NCBI GenBank assembly: GCA_964016885.1
Contig: OZ024742.1
Location: forward strand, 121,458,001 to 121,522,000
Source: Eledone cirrhosa
Taxonomy: Eukaryota
Reading direction: 5' to 3'
Length of the DNA stretch: 64,000 bases
The notes beneath the pieces are model-generated. The model made no database searches, was not told the DNA's origin, and saw nothing but the letters and a program-made list of their open reading frames with translations. Made by a program: the position numbers and the translations under genes. Positions 1 to 13,709 of this stretch are shown in pieces (position 1 is the stretch's first letter; the number at the start of each line of letters is the position of its first letter).

Positions 1-14
1 ACGCATGATGGTGA

Positions 15-270
15 ACTAGCCTGTTTTAAAATCCCTTTTTGGCATATTAACCAGTGAGAAATTTTGGTTATCGAGTTGAGCTCTGCTGAGGATCGAATTC
101 CAACCGTGACCATCTCCACTGAAAGTTTTCGTGAAATAGTCTTCAAGACTATACAGAGCATTTGTAGTTGTCCCAAATTGAAGGATGAGTATTTTAGACT
201 TTATTTTATCATGAGTTAAGGGTCTATTGATTCTTCCCTGGATTTCACTAAATTCTGTTGGATGAATCTA
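15..270 (-). pseudogene. Possible highly decayed PLE reverse transcriptase remnant
   Basis: An ~85-codon stop-free minus frame (IHPTEFSEIQGRINRPLTHDKIKSKILILQFGTTTNALYSLEDYF...) weakly resembles the PLE RT 'RPIISQIGTPTY' region. Weak. Confidence 0.2.
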
Positions 271-405
271 TATCCTGATTCTTTTTGAGTTGAGTTTGAA
301 TTATTTTTCCCACATCTTACGTTAACTATTTTACCAATTTTGACGCTATAGTCACTTATATATTATGGAATACTGTTGGCTTTTTGCTACAATATTTTCT
401 ATACC

Positions 406-1188
<783 letters not shown>

Positions 1189-1827
1189 TGTGTGTGTCTG
1201 TGTGTGTATTAATAGGGCTGCGTGTATTAAAACTGCTACAGAATTCAAAGATCACAGCGTGAACAATGTTTTTATACATCTAAGTGAAATAAATAGTTCA
1301 CATTTTGTGAGGAGTATGAAATTGTATAATTACTAATATAACTATCAAAGCAACTGTACCGGACAGAGCCTTTAAAAAAAATTGATGATTAGAAATAAAG
1401 AAGCAGCTTTTTCTTTATACTTACCCTGAAATTGAACGATTTTGAAAAAATAAAAAAACTTCAAATCTTAGGTTCGTGTCTTGAATCATCAAAACTCATA
1501 ATTTAATTTCTAATAATAAATATTTTAAAAAGAGGTGCTAACGTTGAGAGCTCTGAATTCGCAAGAGATTTTACGTAACCACCTCTACTTCTACTGCTAT
1601 CATATAAAAAAGGACACAAAAAGAAATCATTTTAACCGTGCTTTATATGTAAAAAATAAAATTGAGAATCGAAAAAAAAAAAAGAATTGTGTAGCATTTG
1701 CATGACCTGTAAGGAAAAGTGGATAAGAAATGAAATTGGTGAGTTAAAAGAAAATATTTTTCCTAAAAATTCCATTTTTTATTCACCCCTTTTTTATGTA
1801 CTTAAAACAGACATAATAACAATAACA

Positions 1828-2016
1828 ATAATTTCTACGTTTGGCACAAGGCCAGCAATTTTCCCAGTGCATTACTGGTGCTTTATTTTATCGACGCCGT
1901 AAGGATGAAAGGCAAAGTTAACCTCAGCAGGTTTTGAACTCAGACTGTAAAGAGCCGTAACTCTATGCTGCAAAACATGGAGTCCGACCCTCTACCGATA
2001 CTGCCAATCCGCCGCC
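1828..2016 (-). mobile_element. tRNA-derived SINE with Meta-type central domain, full length
   Basis: The reverse complement has an A-box-like TGGCAGTATCGG, a B-box-like GAGTTCAAA, and GAGGTTAACTTTGCCTTTCATCCTTACGG.GTCGATAAAATAAAG.ACCAG, which resembles the MetaSINE domain from memory. More than 12 copies in the window. Confidence 0.88.
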
Positions 2017-2137
2017 ATTAACAATAACAATACAAATATTAATATAAAGGATGATGTGCTCACGCACGGAGATGCTATGAAATAGCTTATAAAATAAGGT
2101 GAAGACCCTTAAAGATGAACAAAGAAGTTGCCATCGG

Positions 2138-2211
2138 CCGCTATGAGGAATCAAACCCCATATCTCCGAGACACTGGCCAGATGCCCTAAACCACCAAAC
2201 CAAGAGACCGC
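2138..2211 (-). mobile_element. tRNA-like SINE head / tRNA pseudogene
   Basis: The reverse complement GCGGTCTCTTGGTTTGGTGG...GGTTTGATTCCTCATAGCGG has A- and B-box-like motifs at tRNA spacing. Confidence 0.4.
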
Positions 2212-2319
2212 TACAACTTCCATCATCTTAAACTAGATAGCTAAATCACAGCTTTCAGATATAAAGAAGTATCGTGTATACGTAGCCAATTTCACCAACT
2301 TTTATTTTCAACTTTTGTT

Positions 2320-2520
2320 ACCAGCAATTTGAAGGGGAAGGGGGGGGGGGGGAAGCATTTTAAATCGGTCCCAATGTGTTACTGGTACTTCATTTTATCG
2401 ACATCATAACGACGAATGGTAAAGCTAACCTCGGCGGGATTTGAAAACAGATCGTAAAGGACCATAACTATATACCACAAAGCATGTTGCCCGGCGCTCT
2501 ACGAATGCTGCCAATCCACC
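2320..2520 (-). mobile_element. Meta-type SINE, diverged
   Basis: ACTGGTACTTCATTTTATCGAC...AACCTCGGCGGGATTTGAA, similar to 1828-2016. Confidence 0.75.
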
Positions 2521-2523
2521 ATC

Positions 2524-2583
<60 letters not shown>

Positions 2584-2613
2584 TTACTACTACTACTACT
2601 ACCACCACCACCA
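2524..2613. repeat. (CTA)n/(CCA)n microsatellite
   Basis: Directly visible. Confidence 0.95.
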
Positions 2614-2704
2614 TCAGAACAATACAAGGAGGTATTTACATCGAGAAATCGATTTCGTCAAGAAATATGAACGGCACATTAAAATACTGTAGGTACAAAT
2701 AGAT

Positions 2705-5700
2705 ATGTTTCTTTATTAGCCACAGGGGCACAAAAGAAGGGGACAAATACAAAGGGGGAAGTTTACATACAATAAAAACGTGTAAAATATTATCACAAAT
2801 GCAATTTAAAAATTAGTCGATTTTCCCCAATAGAGGGAGACAGTTCATATGGGTAACACATACCCCTGAAAAAATGTGCAACCCTCATCTCCAGGAGTAC
2901 GAAGAGTTTGTACTCCTTTCCTCTCCTCCTCCTTTTCCTCAACTTACAGGCTGATATAGAGAGAAGGCCCATTCACTCGGGCCATTCTCGCCACTTTCAC
3001 CCACCTTTCATAAAACTTGCTGGGGTACAGCACCCCTCTCTCCATCCTGATTCTTCTTCCAAAGTGGTATTTGAAAAAAAGAATCAGTTGTTGGCCGGAG
3101 AGAAAGGTGTCTGACCTCAGCCCTTTCAACCTTGTCCACCATACAACCTCTTTCGCCATAGCTATCACACAAAGGAAAACCGCCTCTCCTTCATTTTTGA
3201 AGGAGGGTGGCGGTTTGATCATGACAATGGACTCGGTGGTCCCACCCGCGACAATAGTCGTTCTACATAGCCCCACAGGTCGGTGACGCCGGGCAGTGTA
3301 TGAATGCGTGCGCGACGGTTTCTTCGTCTCGCACGCACCTCGGACAGATCTTTTTTGCAGGATCCCTGCCCGGGCGCCCATGTCTGTAGAGCTTGTCTCG
3401 AACTGGTAGAGCTCCTCGGTAGCACTGCCAGGCCAGGGACTTTTGGAAGTTGTCCATCGGTCTCGGGCGGAAGGTCCTATCGAACAGACTGGCCAGTTCG
3501 TCTTCCTCTACGCCCAGAGTTTCACCGAGCACGTCGTCGCACTTGCTCCGGATCAACCCTCTATAGAATGACGATGTGGAGTCTCCACTGATCGCCGGGT
3601 CCGCCTGCCAGAGGGCTGTGAGCGCCTGAGCACATTCGATGTGCCAGTCGCCCATTTTCCTCGGTCTTTGCTTGACCCAGGACTGCAGCTCGGTCAGCGA
3701 GACGAGTCGTGGGAAGGCTCGCCTCACGAACGGGGCCCACACCGGTTGTCCGGTGAGGAATACGTAGAGATGCCGCAGCCTGAGCGCGTGTTTGCGCATC
3801 GTCAGCCACGGCATCCTCAGCCTTCCGATGGAGGGGCGTTGGCAGCAGATGGATCTTCACACCAAAGGAGCCCGCCTCTTCCAAAGGAATTGGAAGAGCG
3901 CGCGCTCCATTTTGGCGGGCGTTTTGGCTGGACAAAGCACGACGGTCAAGAGTAGTAGATGGCGGACGCTATAAAAGTGTTCGCCACCTCTGCTCGACCT
4001 TTCAAGGATAGTTTGCACTCGGCCCACTTCTGGGTGAGTGCAAACACCTCGTTCCAGTTCTTCTCCATCTGGAGGTCCGGACCAAACCAGACCCCGAGCA
4101 GCTTTACTGGTCCTTCCGTCCAGCGTTAGACGACGCCATCGGAAGGCATCGGTTTGCCTCTCCACGATCCGAGTTTCAAACCGATGGACTTGTCCCGGTT
4201 CAGCTTCGCTCCTGTGAACCTTTCGTATTCATTCAGTAAGGTGCCGACTTCCTCGATTTGCGAGGCGCTCGACACCATTACTGTCACGTCGTCGGCGTAG
4301 GCTGACGCCGCTTTCCGCAGTCCCGGTTTCAGAGGGATGCCCTGCAATAGCTCCAACTTCCGCAGTAGTGGCAGAGTCAATACGTACAGAAGGGAGGAGA
4401 GAGGGCATCACTGTCGAATGGATCGCGTGATATGGAACGGCTCCGAGAGGTAGCCGTTCACCTTAACCCTTGAGCAGCTGTTGCTGTTGTGCATTGCAGC
4501 AATCCAGCCCCTGAACACGGGTCCGAAGGCTGCCGCCTCGAGCACCGCATCCAGGTAACGATGGTCAACCCTATCGAAAGCCTTAGACTGATCCAAGTTG
4601 ATCAGGGCCCCACCGAAGCCGGGTTTACACCCTATCCTCTCTATGATGTATCGCATGAGGTGCAGGTTGTCGTGTATGGACCTGGTCGGGATTGCGCATG
4701 TCTGGGCTTCTCCCACCAGATTCTTGACGACAAGCGCCAGCCTCTTTGCCAACACCTTGGCCAAAATCTGTAACTCTGTGTTTAGCAGAGTTATGGGCCG
4801 GAAGTTGCCTATGTCATCCCCCTTATTATCGTCCTTCCTGACTAGTGTGACTATGCCCCGGTCACAGAACTGGGAATTCTCCCGTTCTGTTGCCAGTTGC
4901 AGTAGACCGCTTCCCGAAGACCGGAGAATAAGTCCGGTATTGCTACGTAAAATTCGTAGGGTAGACCGTCGAGACCTGGAGATTTGCGTTTGCCGCATTG
5001 GCTCAGCGCGTCCCCTATCTCAGCGGCTGAAATCGGCTTTTCGCAGAACTTTGGCTCGCTGTCCGAGAGTCGCGGTAGGCCGTCGAGGCATGGACCGAAA
5101 TCCATAGCCACTCCTGGCGCGCCGCCTTGCTCGAACAGCTAAGCAAAGTGCCGCTGAAAGGCCGCACACATCTGCTTCGGCTCACGTATCACGCGTCCGT
5201 TTTGGTCCTTCAAAGACCGAATCGCGGACTTGTTGCCACTTTTTGACTCCGTCACTCGGGCCCAGCTAACAGCTTTGGCTCCCTCGTTTCCCAGCAGCGC
5301 TCATGCTTTGCGTCGAAGAACTGGCCCAAGGCCGTTCTCGTTGCTAGCACGCTGGCTACGTTTCCACTTCTAATTGCTTCGTCTACTTTATCTACCAGTT
5401 CTTTCTCGGTTCTATTTCTATCTAACGCTAATTCTTTACTAAAAACTAACGAGTCTAATCTAACTGCCCTCTTGAAAGAGTACCACCATCTGTTGTTGAC
5501 AATGGCCCCTGTCAAGTGCTGTTTAACTAAAGTGCTAATCCGTCTACTGTAGGCTTTGCATGTCGGTAACGACAAATTCAGCTTCCAGTAGCCGGGCCCT
5601 TGTCTATGGGTTCTATCAAGGTTGACCATGCAGGTCACTAGTTTGTGATCTGAATAGGCAACCATGAACATTTGAGGACAGCTTAACATGTCTCTATCCT

Positions 5701-6512
5701 TATTTCTAACTAGAACTTTATCTAGGTACGATCTAGATGTTACGCTAAGATTAGTCCACGTCCACAGTGGCACAGTCGGAAAATCTAGTCGATATCTATC
5801 GGCCAGGTCAAATCGGCCGATTAACTGTTTCAGGATGTTACACCCTCCTTTATCGGGACATGCTCCCACATAGTTCCAACGTGCATCTAGGATTCCATTC
5901 CAGTCCCCCACTAAAAGCAAGGAGCGGGACGTTCCCAGAAAAGTCTCTAGACGTTTGAAGTCTGGCCGTGGTGTCCCGGATGGGGCATATGCGGCCACCA
6001 GCCTGAAGGCTCCACCTTCACTACCGTCAACGTCTAGGACCACCAGTCGACCCTTCGGGTCCAGATGTACCGTCTGTGTTACGAGGCCCAGGTGTTTCCG
6101 CAGCAAAATGGCAACCCCGCCCCCACCCCCCGGCTGACAGAGAGATGCGTAGATCTCAAAGTCATCGAAGATGGGGGCCAGCTGTCGCTCGCTGTGGATC
6201 CTGGACTCGCAAATGGCTACTACATCCATACTGTGCGACCTGAGGTCGTTTAAGAGTTTGCCCTGTTTCCAGGGCATCCCCAGGTCGCGTACGTTCACAC
6301 ACCCAACTCTTATATTGGCCATGTTGGTTCTGAAAAGTTAAAAGAGGAGAAGAAAACACTCACCTCTTCGTCTCCCGGGGATCAGGCCGCCCGGGATCCA
6401 TGGGGGTGTTAGAGGAGTTGTCTGGGTGGTTGGTGGTTTCCAGCGGGGTGGGGACGGAGATGTTTGGTGGAGTGGGGGTGTCTGAGGTGGGTGTGTCTGG
6501 TGTGAGGGTGGG
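2705..6512 (-). mobile_element. L1/Tx1-type non-LTR retrotransposon, 5'-truncated, ORF2 broken by frameshifts
   Basis: Pro/Thr-rich ORF1 end (~6360-6512). APE endonuclease at 5252-6322 (NVR..., ICES, GDWN, SYLDKVLV, SDH). RT at 4126-5111 (KSPGLDGLPYEFY, FRPITLLN, DQSKAFDRVDH, AYADD). C-terminal zinc finger CPRC...ETVAHAFIHC. AATAAA near 2712. GC-rich relative to the flanks. Confidence 0.93.
5252..6322 (-). pseudogene. LINE ORF2 apurinic-like endonuclease domain
   Basis: 356-aa ORF MANIRVGCVNVR... with APE catalytic motifs. The downstream frame is disrupted. Confidence 0.9.
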
Positions 6513-6707
6513 GAAACTTTTTAAAAGGACTTACATTATACAAAGAAAAAGATTCCTACAAAATATGAAGAAACTAAACAGGGTATCGCAAACATTCTTC
6601 CGGATTACCCTGTCTCATCAAAGGAAATACCGTTTCCTAGATATTGCTGCTAATCTACCGCGCCATAGAGTTAATGTAAGCCCATTTAACCACGCTATTA
6701 TTATCAC

Positions 6708-7050
6708 AGTTCAAATCCCGCCAAGGTTAACTTTGTCTTTCATCCTTACGGGTCTATAAAATAAAGTACCAGTAATGTACCAGGTAATTGCTGGCCTTGT
6801 GCCAAAAGTAGAAACAATAATCATCACTCTCACCAAGGAGGTGGATTGGCAGTATCGGTAGGGCTTCGGACAACATGCTTTGTGGCATATAGTTACGGCC
6901 CTTTACGTTCTGAGTTCATATCACACCGAGGTAAACTTTGCCTTTCATCCTTTCGTGGTCGATAAAATAAAGTACCAGTCGATACTCAGATCGATATAAA
7001 CGAGCTCCTCCTATTCCAAAATTACTGGCCTTTTGCCAAATGTAGAAATA
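6708..7050 (+). mobile_element. Two tandem Meta-type SINEs (6708-6820 5'-truncated; 6836-7050)
   Basis: Same family as 1828-2016. CACTCTCAC/TACTCTCAC flanking the second copy may be a TSD. Confidence 0.85.
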
Positions 7051-7499
7051 ATTACTACTACTCTCACTAACATTTTATAAAATTTACTACACGGTAGTAC
7101 CTCATTGTCTGCCCCTATCTGCCTCCTCAAGTGTTATATCAGGAAGTTGATAAGAGCTTGTCATAAATTAAAACGCTGTGTTCAAACATTTCAATCTGGA
7201 AGTAGACAATAATAATAAGAAACCAACATCACGTTGATGTTTATTCGTTCCTTGACATTTTTATTTCGCTGGAAGCATGGTAATGTTAAGCGGTTATCTT
7301 AACCATCGACGTAAACAAAACCACACCACACGTTATAATTTCATATTAAACAGAAAGCAAACTGCTTGCAACCCTTTAAAATTTGATTAAAACTAATTCT
7401 TACAAGATGCTAATACTATTCTAATTAGAACGATATAATACTTCTGTTATATTTCGAAATTTATATGAAGAAATATGTTTTGTTGAACATGTTTGATCT

Positions 7500-8310
7500 T
7501 GTATTTAGAAAGCAGGCGTTTAAGTTAAGCCACGCCGACATATGTCTAGCTAATGCTTGTAGGAAAGAGCTTAGCTAAAATCCAACTTATATTTAGCTTA
7601 ATGTTCACAAATGGAAGCTGTTAGCAAGAAATCTCAGCTTAATGCAAACGCAGAGGAGAAAGAGAAAAAGTATTTGAAATAAAAACAATTCCAATATTTT
7701 GTTACTAAGTAAATGATAAATGTATTGGGTACAAATCTAATGTATTAATGTCATTAGCTGGCAATAATTGCTATTTTACAGAGGCAATGCTGGTCGATTG
7801 GAGAATGAACTAAAATTATCACAGAATTTGTTACTGTTTAAATGAAATTGCTGAGTGGCTGGAAACAGATATAAGAGTAGACTAATATATAGACTGACAG
7901 CAATGACACAAGTTCAAATAAAGTTTTCCTTTCTCTACCAGATTAAATTTTACTAACGGAAATAAAATGGCCACATGAACACTGCTAATAGATTTTGAAT
8001 TAAAATCTACTGCATGGGGTCCATTGTCTAATTGTGTAGGACTCTTCATTGTATGTTGATTCAACTCATTCTGCTTGTAGATATATGTAGCAAGATCATC
8101 TGAGACCGGGGTCTTATCTAGGAAACAAAAAGGAACGAAAACATTTATCTCATTCATCTGGAGAACTTGTGCGTAATTCTAAATATTTTCAATTCCGTTA
8201 AACATTGACAACCTAGTTAGGAAACAAAAATATCAATATTGTGGCAGAAAATGTAGCTCGTAAATGCACACTGCAACTTATTTTATTCATTGTTGAATCA
8301 AAATTGACCT
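7500..8310 (-). pseudogene. Decayed PLE RT thumb remnant
   Basis: PFCFLDKTPVSDDLATYIYKQNELNQH resembles the PLE consensus LPFLDxxxxxxxLxTxxYRKPTxTxQY. Multiple stops. Confidence 0.45.
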
Positions 8311-8464
8311 GTGGATTAACAAGCAGCTATTAACACAAATAAGAGAATAATTAACGAACATAAACATTAAGTTTCATTTGTTTCTTCAACAGAAACTATT
8401 ACAATTTATGTTGTAATTCATGTATATTTACTTACTTTAACCTTACCTAATGTCAATGCATGCA

Positions 8465-8580
8465 TGCCTGATCCCGTAACTCCCAATGGAGTCGTAGGGG
8501 CGCCATATTGACATAGGGCGTTTCTAGGGCATTTTAAAACCTGACAGAACCTATCTCTCCAGGCCTGAATACCACAGATG
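8465..8580. repeat. Dispersed repeat, also at 31030-31140 (possibly a LINE 3' end)
   Basis: TCCC.TAACTCC....GTCGTAGG..CGCC..TTGACATA.GGCGTTTCT.GG..ATTTTAA is shared between the two loci. Confidence 0.55.
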
Positions 8581-8659
8581 TCTCCCAGTGAAGGATAGAG
8601 AGTGAGTAAATGGAAGTGAGAAAGGGATATAAAAGAAGAATCTACTCCAGTACCAGACA

Positions 8660-8799
8660 GGAACGTTTTTTACCGACCTCGAATGGATGAAAGGCAAAGT
8701 TGGCCTCGGCGGGATTTGAACTCAGAGATCAGAGAGCCGGAACGAATACCGCAAAGCACTCTATCCGACGTTCGAACGAGTCAGCCAATTTACCGCCTT
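8660..8799 (-). mobile_element. Meta-type SINE (a further decayed plus-strand copy at ~8885-9070)
   Basis: GGATGAAAGGCAAAGTTGGCCTCGGCGGGATTTGAACTCAGA. Confidence 0.8.
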
Positions 8800-9501
8800 A
8801 TCTAATGTCAATACTTGCCCGCAAATCTGATTGTGAATAACATAATTTTGACTTGAACTAACCATTCATACAAACTACTGGTTGATTAATAGAATCGTTA
8901 GACAATTGGACAAATGCCTTGTCACAATTACTTCTGCTTCTTGTCTTCTGAATTCAAATCTTATCCAGTCCAACTCTGCTTTTTATCCCCCCGGGAACAA
9001 TAAATGAAGTAGAAATTAAGTACTGGCGTCGTTTCTTTTTCTTACTCTCTCAAAATTGCTTACCTTATCTTGTACTGTGAATGGCGCCGGGGAGACTAAT
9101 CACAGCATTCCCTTCCTCCAAAAAGTGGATGAAGGTGGAGTGAAGGGTACCAATTTCTTAACACCTAGCATGTTAGAAAACTTTTGGAAATAAACTATAG
9201 AGAAGCTTACACACACGGATGTACAGTATGGCACGAATCGTTTAAAAATGTAACAAATATAATTTCCGTTATAAGTATAACTATCATAGCTGTAAGATGA
9301 TAAATTGGAAACGTGTCAGCAGTAAATAAAAGAAATTATTTTAAAACTTACAATACAGATTAATTTTCTCTACACATCTCAGCTCACACAATAGTAAAAA
9401 AATAAAAGAAAAACCGAAACCGACGCTTCTTGAAAAAACCAACCAACAAACAAACAAAACAACTTTTACTCGCTTTGCAAAAACTGAATGAACTATATAT
9501 C

Positions 9502-9721
<220 letters not shown>

Positions 9722-9751
9722 AGGATTGGCTATCTAGTTGCTAGTTAAGGT

Positions 9752-10317
9752 AGGCTTAAAAATGGAATGAGAATAAGAAGAAAGCAAGAACGGGGGTGGG
9801 GTGGGGTGGGGGGGAGTTTTCCTCATCAGTTATCTACTGGGGGTCTCGGATATTTCAGCGCTTTAAAGACAATATATCTACCCCCAGAGCGTTCAATAAC
9901 TGGGTAAATTATTGGGAAAACGGAGGCGAGAAGGGAAGGAAAAGAGAAGGGAAAAGAGAAAAACAGCGAAAAAAACAACAAATCGAAGAATGTGCGAGCA
10001 GCTTAAGGTAAGAAAATCCAAGTCCATATCAGTAACTGAACGAAGTGGATTTTCTTACCTTAAGTTGCTCGCACCTTCTTCAGTTTGTTTTTTTTTCGCT
10101 GTTTTTCTCTTTTCTTCCCTTTTTCCCTTTTTTTCCTTTTCCCTTCTATTGTCCTTCCTTCCCTCCGGTTCCCCAATAACTTACCCACTTATTGAACGCT
10201 CTGGGGTAGATATATTGACTTTAAAGTGTTGAAATATCCGAGACCCCCCAGTAGACAATCGATGAGGACCCCTCCCCGTTCTTGCTTTCTTCTTAGTCTC
10301 ATTCCATTTTTAAGCCT
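9752..10317. mobile_element. Fold-back element family B (~260-bp diverged inverted arms); a single-arm copy at 12408-12676
   Basis: AGGCTTAAAAATGGAATGAGA... matches ...TCTCATTCCATTTTTAAGCCT. Ends at a microsatellite. Confidence 0.85.
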
Positions 10318-10346
10318 CTATATATATATATGTATATGTAAGTCAA

Positions 10347-10428
10347 TACTCATCTTTTTCCATTTATCTGAGGGTTCAAAACCCCATTATCAGGCTAAAA
10401 TTTCTTTAGTCAAAAATACGGTGAAAGC
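10347..10428 (+). repeat. Dispersed repeat, also at 16951-17032
   Basis: TACTCATCTTTTTCCATTT....AAACCCCA.TATCAGGCTAAAATTTCTTTAGT.AAAAATACGG.GAAAGC at both loci. Confidence 0.75.
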
Positions 10429-10569
10429 TATTCTATTTTCTAATTTCAAACCTGCTCACTGTTTCAAAACATACTTACTTATATATATATATATATATAT
10501 ATATAGGCAGAAGGCTCAGTAAGTCCGAAGAAAACTGGCGAGATCTGATGTGGTTTTGTTGTGATAACA

Positions 10570-10657
10570 CTGGTCTGAGGATCAGGCAGATTTGGAATCT
10601 GGTTTGGAACGTCAACCCAAATAATGAGCCAACTGTGTGTGAAACATTTGTAACCAG
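10570..10657 (+). ncRNA. Type I hammerhead ribozyme with long loop 2
   Basis: CTGGT-CTGAGGA-(59 nt)-GAAA-CATTTG-TA-ACCAG. Helix I is CTGGT/ACCAG; helix II is partly decayed. Confidence 0.6.
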
Positions 10658-10824
10658 GATTGAGCAATACATTTCTTATGTAGCACTTCTACTTTGTTAT
10701 TATATATATATACATATTAATTTAAGGTATCACAATATATATATTATGTAAGATGCTTGTGTTTCTCAGTAGAAAAGCTCAATGGACTTTTGCTCAGAGT
10801 ATCAATAATTTTAATTAAATTACA

Positions 10825-11006
<182 letters not shown>

Positions 11007-11114
11007 AAATGTTCTTGCACCATGCTTTCTATTGCGTTGGCCTAACTCGTGAATGCCGACAGATAAAAGTATTATGTACTCTATACTTTATTGGAACTTT
11101 ATTCAAAGACGAAA

Positions 11115-11238
11115 TTCCTCTGATGATTGATTCGCATCTCCTGTACCTTTATCAAAATCGATAGTTGGTGATAGATGATCTATCGCTTAGATTGATTTTT
11201 CTTAAGGTTTTCGAATCATGAAATGGTACCATAAGGAA
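11115..11238 (+). ncRNA. Type I hammerhead ribozyme, ~93-nt helix/loop 2
   Basis: TTCCT-CTGATGA-TTGATTCG...CGAATCAT-GAAA-TGGTACCA-TA-AGGAA. Confidence 0.8.
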
Positions 11239-11338
11239 AAAAGTATTTTTCCAACTTGAAGTATATATTTTTCCGAAATATTATGTGCTTTAAGTATGTA
11301 CAAAATACCACGTGTCTCTCAAACGATATATGGCTCTT

Positions 11339-11470
<132 letters not shown>

Positions 11471-11557
11471 AAGAGCCATATATCGTTTGAGAGACACGTG
11501 GTATTTTGCACATAATATTTCGGAAAAATATATACTTCAAGTTGGAAAAATACTTTT

Positions 11558-11681
11558 TTTCTTATGGTACCATTTCATGATTCGAAAACCTTAAGAAAAA
11601 TCAATCTAAGCGATAGATCATCTATCACCAACTATCGATTTTGATAAAGGTTCAGGAGATGCGAATCAATCATCAGAGGAA
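11558..11681 (-). ncRNA. Type I hammerhead ribozyme (inverted copy of 11115-11238)
   Basis: Reverse complement in the other arm, with one helix I substitution. Confidence 0.75.
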
Positions 11682-12692
11682 TTTCGTCTTTGAATAAAGT
11701 TCCAATAAAGTATAGAGTACATAATACTTTTATACCTGTCGGCATTCACGAGTTAGGCCAACGCAATAGAAAGAATGGTGCAAGTACATTTTAAATATGG
11801 CGGTAAATATAAACAGGATTGGAGTCTTATCCGCTAGAAAGAGTTGTGAAGTATGACTCACAGTGTGATCAGCTCAACAAATAAAAATTAAGTTATATTC
11901 TAATTTAAGGTGTCACAACATATAATATGTATGATGCTTGTGTTTCTCAGTAGAAAAGTTTAATTGACAGATACTTAGAATGCCCAAAATAGTTGGTGAT
12001 CGATTATCGATCACTTAGATCGATTTTTGTTATGGTTTTCGAATCATGAAATGGTACCATAAACAAAGAAGAATTTTTCCACCTTGAAGTATATATTTTT
12101 CCGAAATATTATGTGCTTTATATATGTACAAAATACCACGTGTCTCTCAAACGATATATGGCTCTTTCCCTTTGTCTCTCTCTCTCCCTCTACCTTCTTA
12201 TTTCGTTACTATCAACTTTTCCCCCTCTTTCTTCCTCTCCCTTTCTCCCTCTCACTTTCACTCACACTCTCTCTGCCAGTCACCTCATTGTTTCCCTCAC
12301 CTGACCATCTAGCAGTCCTTTTCTCACTTACACTCGCTAGAGTCGGGCGTATCTTTTCGTTCGCCCACACGCTCTCGAACTTAAGTTCTGTTACGCTGTG
12401 GTCTTGAATTTTCTTACCTTAAGTTGCTCGCACATTCCCTGGTTTGTTGGTTTTTTCGCTGTTTTCTCCTTTCTTCCCTTTTCCATTTTCCCTTCTACCC
12501 CCCCCCCCCCCTCCTTCGTTTTCCCAATAACTTACCCAGTTATTGAACGCTCTGGGGGTTGATATATTGTCTTTAAAGCGTTGAAATATCCGAGACCCCA
12601 AGTAGACAACTGATGAAGGAAAACTCCCCTCCCCCCCGTTCTTGCTTGCTTTCTTATTCTCATTCCATTTTTAAGCCCACACACACACACAC

Positions 12693-12784
<92 letters not shown>

Positions 12785-12795
12785 TCATTATAAGA

Positions 12796-12866
12796 ACAGA
12801 TTAAAGTTTAAGCAAAGAATCGCTGCTTTCACCCTTAACGGGATCTTCTTATCGAGCCCTCTTCTT
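12796..12866 (-). mobile_element. PLE terminal relic family C with 5'-clipped hammerhead
   Basis: Reverse complement ..GAAGA-TCCCGTTAAGGGT-GAAA-GCAGCGATTCTTTGC-TT-AAAC. Same family at 29650-29828. Confidence 0.65.
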
Positions 12867-13044
12867 ATTTTATTGTTCACATTTATTATTACTATATATA
12901 TATATTGGAAAATGTGTAAAATCCTTAGTACAGTTAGGTATATTTAAAAACAGGAAAAGAATGACTTTACTTGTAATTGTAAACAATTTGATTTAATTTG
13001 ATAATATTATGATTTGGTAGATCTACCAAATCCTAATATGGTGA

Positions 13045-13165
13045 AGGCGTGTGGCTGAATGGTTAGAGAATTGGATTCTCAATCATGACGCTGTGAGTTC
13101 GATTCCTGGACAGGGCGATGCGTTATGTCATTGAGCAAGACACTTTATTTCACGTTGCTCCTTCT
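13045..13165 (+). mobile_element. tRNA-derived SINE with CORE-like domain
   Basis: GTGGCTGAATGGTTAG (A box), GAGTTCGATTCC (B box), TGTCATTGAGCAAGACACTTTATTTCACGTTGCTCC. Confidence 0.75.
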
Positions 13166-13709
13166 ACCTAATTGCGACTGATTGATATTATTAGCAATTG
13201 GAAAGACCAACGGAAACATTGTCCCTCGGTCCGATTTGACGAAAGTCGATCGACTGTCGATATATATATTAAAAATATACATATTTATATAAGAATATAT
13301 ACATACATACATAGATATAATAGATATATACATGAATATACATACATACAAGCTGGGTTCCGAATGACACGTGCGATAATTCATATCGTACACAATTCAT
13401 TCTCTAATATTTTTAGAAGTGAAAGGAACACTAATTTCTCAACAACTACTGAGGAGCAGAGAAACGGGAGAACTTCACTTAATAAGTCGTTGCGAAACAG
13501 TCTCCAACACTGTCTAGTTGTTACCAGGCATTTTTGCCCAATATAGGTCTATTATTTTTCTTAATTTTTCTTAATTAATATTTAAAGTTAAGGATAACAA
13601 ACTATATTGCTGTAGTTAGTATTTTTTCACCCTAGCAAATTTTGGTCCTTACGATTCGAACACATGTATGTTTATATTAGTGTTCATCTCCCTTGCTTAT
13701 TCAATTATA

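Noticed and set aside
2138-2211. Functional tRNA gene
   Set aside because: Stems are imperfect, so a SINE head or pseudogene is more likely.
7882-8157. Possible host exon (polypyrimidine-TAG acceptor at ~8119), or a protocadherin/LRR-like remnant
   Set aside because: The peptide fits the PLE RT thumb motif (FLD...T.IY.K) better, and I found no partner exons.
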